Part shown: positions 1-10,300 of the stretch, piece after piece
Position numbering within the stretch: the stretch's first letter is position 1
How the letters are laid out: each line of letters opens with the position of its first letter
Source of the DNA: Callorhinchus milii
Lineage: Eukaryota
Length of the DNA stretch: 51,133 bases
Reading direction: 5' to 3'
NCBI RefSeq assembly: GCF_018977255.1
Contig: NW_024705370.1
Span: 1 to 51,133 of the forward strand
The notes under the pieces: generated by a model
What the model saw: only the letters and a program-made list of their open reading frames with translations
The model's database searches: none
What the model was told of the DNA's origin: nothing
Made by a program: the position numbers and the translations under genes

Positions 1-517
1 GCTGGAGGCACCGTAGAGTTCGCAACAAGGGGTGTGTGTGTGTTAGTGTAAGTGAGGAGCATGCACACTGGATGCAAGGTAAATAAAGTGACACGGGAGA
101 CAAGCTTGGAGTGTCCGTGTGAGTACTTCACTACACATGTATACAGCCCTTATGTTAGGCCACTTTCGGTCATAAGACATCAATGTGAGCGCCGCCACAC
201 ATTTGAAACCATAGGGTGTGACAGCATTAGGGGTATTTCCACATTTGTGTAAATGCACAGAAAGTTGCCACAGCAGGGGCCACAGGTGGTGCATCAGCCA
301 GTCGTCTCAGTCAGTCGACCTGTGCCATCTGGGTTTGCCCCGTGACCTCTTGCCAGCGGGCGTTCGACACTTCACGTGGCCTCAAGGTGCACATAGCCTG
401 GCACAAGCGTTGTGGTGACGTCACCGCCACTTAGTGGCGAATGGCGGTTGTTGTTGTTCAGTCTATGCATGTATGTGTGAGTCCATTTGTGCGTGTAACT
501 CTATGTGTCTGCCTTTT

Positions 518-550
518 TCGCCCGGGCAACGCCGGGTACTAACCGCTCGT
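518..550 (+). mobile_element. Helitron-like 3' terminus
   Basis: Hairpin CCCGG-GCAACG-CCGGG followed by a CTAG-like CTCG; lies between about 80-bp direct repeats (172-250 and 550-629). Confidence 0.45.
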
Positions 551-835
551 AAGACATTAATGTGAGGGCCGCCACACATTTGCAACCATTGGGTGTGACA
601 GCATTACGGGGTATTTCCACATTTGTGTATTGTCAGGGGCCGCACGTCAGGGGCCCCACTAAAGGCCACAGGGGCCGCTAGTGGCCCGCAGGCCTTGCAA
701 TGAAGAACACTGCATATGTCAATCCACTGATGTGGGTAATTTGGTCATACTTCATCCCACTAGCCATTGCAGGTCGTGAAGGCAGGGAGCATATAAGTAC
801 AACTATTATTTTTGCTGCCCACCGCGTAGCCCCAT

Positions 836-960
836 AGCCTAAAACGACATCTGTGCATGGTGGTCACCCATTCAAGCACTATCCAGACTCAACTTTGCAT
901 ATCTTCCGATATCTTATGAGATCAAACACATTTTGGCTGATATAGTCATATGCCATAGGC
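836..960 (-). pseudogene. Degenerate 5S rRNA-derived sequence (pseudogene or SINE3 head)
   Basis: Aligns by eye to the reverse complement of 5S rRNA (GGTCACCCATTCAAGCACTATCCAG...TTCCGATATC..GAGATC). Confidence 0.6.
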
Positions 961-1037
961 TATAAGCAGTATACATATTACTCTACATATGACATTCTAA
1001 TGGGAATATATAAAATCTTCCTACGTATAAAAATATC

Positions 1038-1507
1038 CGAGGCCATGGTCCTCAAGATACAGCTTCGTTGGGCAGGGCACATCGCCAGGATGGAGAACCA
1101 CCGCTTACCTAAGATTGTGCTGTATGGGGAACTGTCCTCTGGCCATCGCGACATAGGGGCACCACGAAAGCGATACAAAGACTCCCTGAAGAAGTGCTTC
1201 ACTGCTTGCTGCATCGATCACCGTCAGTGAGCAACACAAGCAGCTGATCGCAACTCCTAGCGGCACACAGTCCACCAGGCCACCTCCTTCTTCGAAGATA
1301 CCCGCAGGACCCGTATGGAGGACAAAGGAGAAGGAGGAAGAACCATGATCCCTCAGCACCCATCCCAGATCAGACCTATACTTGCAGCCGTTGTGGCAGG
1401 ACCTGCTTGTCCCGCATAGGCCTCTTCAGCCACCAGCGTGCCTGCAGAAGACGTGGATGTCCTTCCTAGATCTTCGTTCGCGAAGCCAAGCCATGATGAT
1501 GATGGTG
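1038..1507 (+). mobile_element. 5'-truncated RTE-clade LINE, 3' end
   Basis: QLRWAGHIARMENHRLPKIVLYGEL...GAPRKRYKDSLK; C-terminal CxxC zinc-finger-like CSRCGRTCLSRIGLFSHQRAC; (ATG)n tail; 11-bp TSD ATAAAAATATC at 1027-1037 and 1508-1518. Confidence 0.88.
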
Positions 1508-2360
1508 ATAAAAATATCAATAATTGCTGTTATTGCCACATTCACATTTCATCATAGCAACTTTCACGTGATTATTGATTTTCTTGGCAGGAGGCATCAC
1601 TGATTTCCAAATGAACCTTGAAGAATATAGGGTACAGTGTTTACATTTAGAACCCCTGCATTTTGCTAAGGGATTTATAAGCGTTTATAGATTTACACAG
1701 ACGTGACAATGAATAAGGTCACTTTTGAAATATGCTTGCTTGTTGAAACGTATATTTATAAGCAAAAAACACCATCACAGAGATGCATTGCAATAGACAT
1801 TTACAGCCAAGTTTTACGACACAATTTTGTTAACACGTTTAAAAAAATCATTACTCTGCCCAGGTTTATAACCATAATTGATGACAAATGGACGTAGCTT
1901 GGAAAGTTATTGTGGTAATATATTCATGATCTTGACTGAATGCATTGGACTGTGACCCAATTTAATTGCAGAGACGACCAGAGCTTTGGCAATTCTAAAA
2001 AAAATATTTTGAGCGTTGCTGACATTAATGAGTGAAATAATGTAAGCAATTCATTGTTGTGTATCCCCCACAGGAATTGCTGCTGCCACAGAAGTCAGAG
2101 GTCATGCAAATATATTTTTCAACAGGATACCATGAATACAAACGTGCATATAGTGTTCCGTCAAAAATTGACACATTTGAACATTCTTTCATGTGCATGG
2201 AGAGCACATTTTGTCAATCCACGGCTAGATAAAGACCTCCCCCGTTGCCATACAAGGTCATGGAGGTTATATGACCATACTTCACCACGCTGGTCAGTGT
2301 CAGTTGGTGAAGGTGTGCGAGCATACACATTGTTGTACTGCGGCAACTTACAACATCTGT

Positions 2361-2762
2361 TACTGGTAGGAACCTCCTGGTTACACCAGCCCACAGGGAT
2401 TGTTGTGTCCGTCCGTCGTGCAAGGAGGGGCTGATTGGGGAGGGAGGGGCTGGGTGGGGAGGGGGTGGGAGGGCTGGGTGGGGAGGGTGGGGCTGGTGGG
2501 GAGGGGAGGGTGGGGAGGGGCTGGTGGGGAGGGTGGGGAGGGGCTGGGTGGGGCTGGGTGGGGGGGGTGGGAGGGGTGGGGCTGGGTGGGAGGGGCTGGT
2601 CACCCGTGGTACCCTTATAAAACTCAACGTTTAACCTACTCACGCCGGCTTGTGCCCGCCCTCACAGTCGGGCATATTTGCGGAATACACCACGCCGCCG
2701 TTGACCCTGGCCATTGACCAAGTAACCAACGTTCCTACCAGCTCCCTCTGCAGGAATGTGTT
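2361..2762 (+). mobile_element. Non-autonomous element with subterminal inverted repeats and internal G-rich tract (Helentron/HINE-like), copy 1
   Basis: CTGGTAGGAAC...GTTCCTACCAG; homologous to 12181-12543 (minus) and 18844-19088. Confidence 0.6.
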
Positions 2763-4003
2763 TATGCATGGTGTCGCTCGTGTAATTAGTATTCAGGCTT
2801 AAGCCAGCTTATCTTTCAAGATCTGACTAGATTTGGTGCATTCTGGGTTCTTTCGTCACAGGGAACTCCCCTGATGTAAGCTCACAAATACAGCAATAAG
2901 TGTCATGTTGTTGTTCCAGAAAGCTTCCCACCTTTTTTATTAACACCTGAAAACCTCTTCCAATTACTGGACTGTAAATTGCATCTCAACATTTCTATTT
3001 ATAGCTCACTTGATAAAAGTGTACAGACGCTTTTAACCAACGTGAAACATGTACAGTATTTAATATATCACAGCAATAATACTAATAAGATTTTGAAATG
3101 TTTCTGCCTGGAGGTTGCTATATGTTGCTATTATTAGAGTACTTGGCTTAATATTTTTTACACATTATTTACGTGTTTGTAATTACACTACAGTATTAAT
3201 ACAATTTACAGAGGGCTTTCATGTAAAAAAAAGTGGATTCCATGTGTTACAGTTAAGTTTGTCATTTGGAAGGATAAGAAAATCTATATTGACAAAACCC
3301 TGGGTGTTGTGGTGGCAGATGCCTGTATTCCAGAGCTTTGGAGGCAAAGGTTGGTGGATAATGCAGATTTTTGAAACGTCCAAAACCAACTTAAACCTTT
3401 TAGTGTAAAAAACACAACCAAGTGCAAATCACTGACACTAAGACTCCTTTTTTCAAGGGACGTGGCCAGGTGGCAGCACAGAAAGTACATTTCTTGACCA
3501 ATTTTTTAGTCCTGTGAGTATTCTTTCTTTAAATAAACGGTGAGTTTTCTCCGGGTGCTCCTCGTGTTTCCAACACTAAACACTCTACTTGTTAAAAGGA
3601 AATGGCCAAACACCTAAGGGGAAACCATCCCGGAAAAAAGTATTGAAACTTAGTGAGGCTTTTATGGCTACTTAAATGCGATGCCATTTAAAATGACTAT
3701 TTTAAGATAACGGCTTCCTGACGTGCTAAATGTGACGGTCATAAGTTCATATATCAGGGTTACTTCAGCCCAGAATTCTTCGATCAAGATATTAGATATC
3801 ACTTTGTGAGGAGTCAACAGTGGGTTTTCAATGTGTCAACTGGCCACTTTCCAGGGGAATGTGGACTTTCCAACAGCTGATCCCTCCAACAAAAATAAAC
3901 CCCCATCCAGTTCCAATTTAAAGACAGCCACCGTTATAGAACGTGGTATATGTGTAGTGAGTCCAACTGAGTCTGAGACGTTCTTTAGAAGCAACACTTA
4001 TAT

Positions 4004-4930
4004 TGTAACATCAACCCGCTGACACAAAGGGGTAACTGCCCCTTCACCAGATACAGCCTAGGGTGGTGACCACCCAACTAACTACATTATACGTAGGAGT
4101 TACAGCTACGAAGGGTCAGACCCTCACTCGGGTCCCCGACCACGGTGATGCCTCGTAGGACGTAGAACTTCCAGCTTGTAGACGTGGCGCTTCCAGCATG
4201 TAGACGTAGAGCTTCCAGCTTGTAGACGTGGAGCTTCCAGCTTGTAGACATAGAGCTTCCAGCTTGTAGACGTAGAGCTTCCAGCTTGTAGACGTAGAGC
4301 TTCCAGCTTGTAGATATGAGCTTCCAGCTTGTAGACGTGGAGCTTCCAGCTTGTAGACGTAGAGCTTCCAGCTTGTAGACGTGGAGCTTCCAGCTTGTAG
4401 ACATAGAGCTTCCAGCTTGTAGACGTGGAGCTTCAGCTTGTAGACGTAGAGCTTCCAGCTTGTAGACTTGGATCAGCCTGTAGAATGCAGCGACCCCGGT
4501 CCCTCTCAGGGACCCACCTTATATCCCCCAGGTCGGGGCCGCTCCTCCCTTAGCCCCGCCCACCTTCTCGAGCTTTCTAGCTGTCTCTCGATCCCTCTGG
4601 AGAGCTCTCCCCGGACACGTGATCACCCCTAGCCCCACCCCCCTCCACCTGGGGGCCTCTCTGTGGACACTCCGGATCACGTGTCTATGGGGTCAACCAG
4701 AGTGCCATGTCCCGGGGCAACCCTGCCCCTGGGCTGACACTCTCCCATTTCCCCCTGTGGGAGCCCTCACCGCACGCCATGCGTGGTGCCCGCACTATCC
4801 CAGCGCTCACCAAGCCCCGCTGGGGCTGGTACCACAACCACCACGGGGTGTACGCGATGACGGTGCATCGCATCGCACGCCACGGCCCTCTCAGGCCGGC
4901 ACCATGCAGTGACATCCCGATGTCATTACA
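4004..4930 (-). mobile_element. Possible solo LTR containing the minisatellite
   Basis: TGTAA...TTACA ends; GC-rich relative to flanks; minus-strand TATA-like ATATAA near 4519-4524 with a GC box upstream; TSD not clean. Confidence 0.4.
4159..4467. repeat. 22-bp minisatellite, about 14 copies (GACGTAGAGCTTCCAGCTTGTA)
   Basis: Direct tandem units counted by eye; no unique spacers. Confidence 0.92.
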
Positions 4931-5308
4931 TATTAACAGGGTTGTTTTTACATGTAGATGCCCCGGCCGATTTATAACGGCCTTCTTACTTCTCAACGTT
5001 AATAACTGTACTGTCTTGTGAAAATAATGGCTCCATACATCAAAGGGGGATTTAAAGATGTAACGAGTGTATTGACATTGGTGGGAGACACGTGGGGGCT
5101 TTGAAAGTAAATGTTTTCTAAACATCCTATTATTTTAGTGGAGTATCTATAAATACAATGCCCTATGCAGCTATGCGCTGTAGGTCAGGGACTTGAACAT
5201 AAAATGTTGTTATTTACACATTAATAATGTAACGTACTAAAATAAAAACCGGTTCCGCATCCACATCGTCACATTGCTTATTTATATACTGCATTTATAT
5301 TTCGTTAA

Positions 5309-5547
5309 CATACCTGTCAACCCTTATCAGTGCCCTACCTTATTACAGACCAATTCAGACCTTATTGGTCACCCGTGCTCTTATAAATCTCAACGTTCAT
5401 CCTACAACGTCTGATCACAAGGGAGAAACACAAACAAATAGACAATAATTGGTTTTGCCCGTATTGAAACGGCTGTACACCGTATGGACCTGAAACTCAA
5501 TTTCCCTGTACAATAATACGGGTAACCCGTATGGGTTGACAGGTATG
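5309..5547 (+). mobile_element. MITE (hAT-like), TIR CATACCTGTCAACCC
   Basis: 15-bp perfect TIRs; inverted sister copy at 5684-5929 and partial copy at about 8310-8490. Confidence 0.75.
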
Positions 5548-5683
5548 GAAAGGGTAAAAGCTAATCTTGTATTTTCCATCATTTTGACACTACCAAAAAA
5601 AAAGGTCCCATAGATATAATGTAATGCGTCGTCCATCAACGCAAATCACCACCTTGAATTCTCTACCGAGTGTGACTACTCCA

Positions 5684-5929
5684 CATACCGTGTCAACCCA
5701 TACGGTTTACCCGTATTCTTGTACATGGAAATTGAGTTTTTTTTATTTATACGGCGTACAGCAGTTTCAATACGGGCAATTTTTTTTAATAAAACGTCTG
5801 TTTGTGTTTCTGTCTTGTGATGCGACTTTGTCGGATGAACGTTAAGATTTATAAGAGCACGGGGTGACCAATAATGTCTGAATTGGTCTGCAATAAGGTA
5901 GGGCACTGATAAAGGGGTGGACAGGTATG
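5684..5929 (-). mobile_element. MITE, inverted copy of 5309-5547
   Basis: Reverse-complement similarity along the whole length. Confidence 0.72.
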
Positions 5930-6659
5930 ATTACACGTGGCAGTTGGATCCGTGTCGCATACGTTATAGGTGGGGTTACCACCCGTCCCGGTTTGACCCG
6001 GATAATCTTGGAGATTGGCATCAATATTTGTGCGGTATACGTTTATATGTACCGGATATATGATGGGTGGCTGAGAAATATCTCGGTTTGATCTTCAGCG
6101 GTAAAGGTGGCAACCCTTATTAAGAGTTACTTGCATCAAGTTCATTGATTAGGTATAGCCCTGTGAGCCATTCGGCTTTTGAATCGGGTGCAACCGCAAC
6201 AAACAAAAAACAAAAACATGAATAGCGCAATAATCGACATTTTCACTGTAAATCCAGAACTGTATTGTAATTAGATCTCTTATTAGTTCCATCTACAGCC
6301 ACTAGAGGCCTCTAAATTCAAAATGTTTCAACATTTTGTTCGATTCTTTTAATCGAATAATCGAATCTGCATCCCGGCAAGTTAAAATCTGAATTGCTTT
6401 GGCAATGGGGCGAATATTTACGCCTTTACAATATACCCCTAGTTGTACAATAAACCCATACAATTCATAGACATAAGTTGGTAAAACGCACACTGGAGTT
6501 CGGCTCAGCCCAACTAATGAAAACATAGTCGTGGCCATTCCACATTTCTGTGACGGGGTCTGGTCTTCCGACCGGACTATCTCTACGTATTATACTGTAA
6601 AGTATGAATTTTTAAAAAAAATATATATACTACGTACATTTCACGATATTCTAAACACT

Positions 6660-7330
6660 GCCAACATACATAACTGTTCGAAAAGTAAAATGAACGGGAC
6701 TCTTGAAACGGTGATGGCGTGGAGAGCGGGGGATTATATCGCATCGCGGAAGGATACATTAATCGCGGAGCCAATGTGAAGCTGCTCTATATAAGGCTGG
6801 CTGGGGGGGGGGTGAGGCTCACAACGCGCGGGGCCGCACGTGGACGCACTCCCGTCGACTGCGAAAATGTCCTCTTCATAAAGTCGCGGGCGAAAACTTG
6901 TGAGGCGATAAACATTCGATTTCTCATGAAAAGTGTCACTTTTACCAGCTCGTTTTAATGCGGCGATGTGAACGAGACGTTTAAAAGTTTGTTTAAATGC
7001 GGAATTTTAAATAAATATTGAACGGTAGATGTCGCGGTTTGGCGCAATTTTAAATGGAACGCGTGTGGTGAAACGTCGTCGCGATTTTCTCGTTTCTCGC
7101 TTGCGTTGAAACATTAATCGGTGTGTCTCGTTATTGTTTTTTTCTACACGTCTTGTTGTCTTTTAAAAATAATAATTAGAAGGCGGCCTCAAGATGATGC
7201 CTGGGAGGGGCCGCGCGCGTGCCCGCGGCGCGGCCGTGGCGACGAGGCCGCACCACCTCCTGCGCATGCGCAAGGCGATGCCGGAACTGCGTCCGCTGTG
7301 AGTTTTTCAAGCACGTGGCGTTAAGAAATA
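6660..7330 (+). promoter_or_regulatory. Putative piwil1 promoter / CpG-rich 5' region with possible non-coding first exon
   Basis: CpG-dense stretch; TATATAA 6788-6794; CCAAT 6771-6775; MYB-type TAACTG 6671-6676; candidate donor GTGAGG at 6900 and acceptor TAG 7177-7179 just before the ATG. Confidence 0.45.
7194..7297 (+). CDS. piwil1: piwil1 coding exon 1 (RG/RA-rich N-terminus; apparent 1-nt frameshift near 7229)
   Basis: ATG ATG CCT GGG AGG GGC CGC GCG CGT GCC CGC GG = [12 protein letters not shown], continuing in another frame as [23 protein letters not shown] to donor GTGAGT at 7298. Confidence 0.8.
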
Positions 7331-10300
7331 CAACACGCACACGAGTCTGAGATAATTGTTGTTAATTATTTGTTGTTGTGTGATTTATTATTTTAATATT
7401 ATTATTTTTATTATTTTAAGAGCTTGTTTCTTGGAATTTTGCCTCGCTTGATACAGTAAATTTAGCTGTGACGGTCCCACCTGATGACGGAGACTTGTGT
7501 TGCCTCCGAAACGCCGTGATTATTATTTTAATATTATATTTTATTATTTTAAGAGCTTGTCTCTTGGAATTTTGCCTCACTTGATACAGTAATTTTAGCT
7601 GTGACGGTCCCACCTGATGACGGAGACTTGTGTTGCCTCCGAAACGTCGTGATTTATTATTTTAATATTATTTTAAGAGCTTGTCTCTTGGAATTTTGCC
7701 TCACTTGATACAGTAATTTAGCTGTGACGGTCCCACCTGATGACGGAGACTTGTGTTGCCTCCGAAACGTGATTTATTATTTTATTTCTATTTTTATTTT
7801 TACCTACGTGACTTTACCGAAAAAAACCAAAGAGTATGAATCCTTGCAGTCACGAAAGCTTCAAATCTAGAATTAGAGTTGTTTAGTTAGCTCAAGTCGA
7901 CGTCGTTCTCTCGATTGTTCGCGATGATGACGGGCGTCGAGATGGCTGCCGATGATTAACAACAAAATTTTCCATTTCTACTCTTTGGTTTTTTCGGTAA
8001 AGTCACGTAGGTAAAACAATAAAATAAATGAAAACAACTAAATTAAATCACGACATTTCGGAGGCAACACAATTTTCCCTCATCAGGTGTAAAAAGGCAC
8101 AAAAGTTTTCATTTATTGTATTGTTTTGCCTACGTGACTTTACCGAAAAAACTAAAGAGTATGAATCCTTGCAGTCACGAAAGCTTCAAGAATTTTCCAT
8201 TTCCCCGCGGATCTCGATGGCAAATCCCCCCCCCTCCACTAATATTGGTATTAATTAAAACTCACAAAATTAATGATGGGTATATATTTCTCTGTTCAAC
8301 ACCTTGGTGCCTAATTACAGACCAATTCGGACCTTATTGGCCACCCTTTGCTCTTATAAATCTCAACGTTTATCCTACAAAATCCCATCACAAGGGAGAA
8401 ACACAAATAGACCAAAAAATGTTGCTGTATGGACCTGAAACTATTTCCCTGTACAAGAATACGGGGTAAACCTTATGGGTTGATGGGTACGGGTATAATT
8501 CACTCAAAATTAAGCACGACTGACAGATTAAGATTGTTACTCTTTCAATTGTGTTTTTGTATTGTTGATGTAACCCTCTTACCCGCCCCGACTGGACATG
8601 AAAAAAGAGCTTTATAATTCAATGGATGGATGGATTCTTCCAGTATAAATCTGATTAAGAACGAATACTGAATGGTCGATGGGCGTGCTCAGTGATGACG
8701 CCCACCACTGGGTGGATCACCACGCCAATCAAAATCAAACTCCGCCCACTCAGATTCCATTGACAGGTAGTCCCCAACTTACGATGGCCCGACTTACGAT
8801 ATTTAGATCTTACGATGGCGATAGCGATATGGCAAAATTGTTAAATATTTTACATTTCGCGCGGCAGGCAAACGCAGCAGCGTACGAGGTACGATACTGT
8901 ACGTTGGGATGCTGCCGGGATATACTGTACGCATATAGTTTATACAGTACGGTACTGTAAATTGCTCTGTTTTGCTAAATTATCACCATTCTTTAAGACT
9001 CCTGGGTAGGCTAGGCCATTTTCGACTTACGATGGGGTCGTCGTAACGCATCTCCATCGTAAGTCGGGGACGGCGTGTATGCTAAAAAGCCCGATGATCT
9101 ATAAAGCGCTTTTTCACAGTTACAACAATAAAAAACAGTAGTGCAAAATTCAGAAAAGGTAAACAAATCACCCAATCATACAAATAAAACTAAACCATCT
9201 CTTTGATTTTAAGCGTTCGTGACTGCAGGAATCCATACTCTTTGGTTCTTTCGTCAGCATTTCCCCTGCTGTGTTTGCCTCACCTGATGACGGTTGCTTG
9301 TGTTGCGATCGAAACGTCGTGATCTATTATTTTCTACCGACGTGACTTTACCGGAACAACCAAAGAGTATAAACCATCTCCATCCTACCAGGCAAAGCCC
9401 ACTGTTCTAAGCATATGCAAATACTGTACATAGAGGCAATCGCGTGGATTTCATATTCACCGAAGCACATTTGTTCGGTTTAAGCACAAGACTTGTAATA
9501 AACATTTCCAAGAATAATGTAAAACTTTTTAGATTAATAATTTGGGCTTAAGGGGAAATCCATGAGTTATTTATGTAAAAATTTCGGGTGCGCGGTTAAT
9601 TCGTAAATCGGATAAACCGCACGCGGATGATCGAGGTTCTACTGTATATATTTTTTATACTGGAGAAATCCGATGAGCTATGAAGCTCTTTTTACAGGTG
9701 TCCAGTTGGGAGCGAGTCAGAAGGTTACAACAAACAATACATAAACACGATAGGCATGCACAATGTATGGATAAGATGAACAAGTCACTTGAAAAAAAAT
9801 ATGCAAATAAAGATAAACAATTATTTTTTTATCTTGCCAGGTAAAGCCCACTGAGCTATTAGCTCAACGAAGTGGCTTGTGGAAATTTATAGCAGCCAAA
9901 TAATCTAAACTCATGTTTCTAAGGCACGTGTTCTGAACAACAGTTGCATGACATACAAGAGCACATTCGAAAAGTGATTCTCAGCTCAAATTGGCATCGA
10001 GGTCACTGCTCAGATCCCGTTTACAGCCATGCTGAGCCAGTTGTGAAAATCCAGAAATTTCTATGGTGGGGTGGGGGTGGTTAACTCGTAACTTTGATTA
10101 CCGTATTTTCCCGCATATAGTCCGCATATGCATATAACCCGCAGACGCATATACCCCGAAAAAAGAGCATTTTGTGTAAAAAAAATTCAGCCCGCACCTC
10201 CATATACCCCGCATGCATTCATATCTTTAACGTCGTTACCGCAGCTTAATTCCATCATTAATGCGAAGTTTACATTTGTAATACATTCCACTATCAATTG

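Noticed and set aside
2161..2717. Pro-rich / Gly-rich ORFs (also 12121-12568 and 10307-10746)
   Set aside because: Translations of the G/C-rich tract of a repeated non-coding element
4087..4404. 105-aa repetitive ORF
   Set aside because: Artefact of the 22-bp minisatellite
4159..4467. CRISPR-like array
   Set aside because: Pure head-to-tail 22-bp tandem repeat without unique spacers; eukaryotic context; no cas genes
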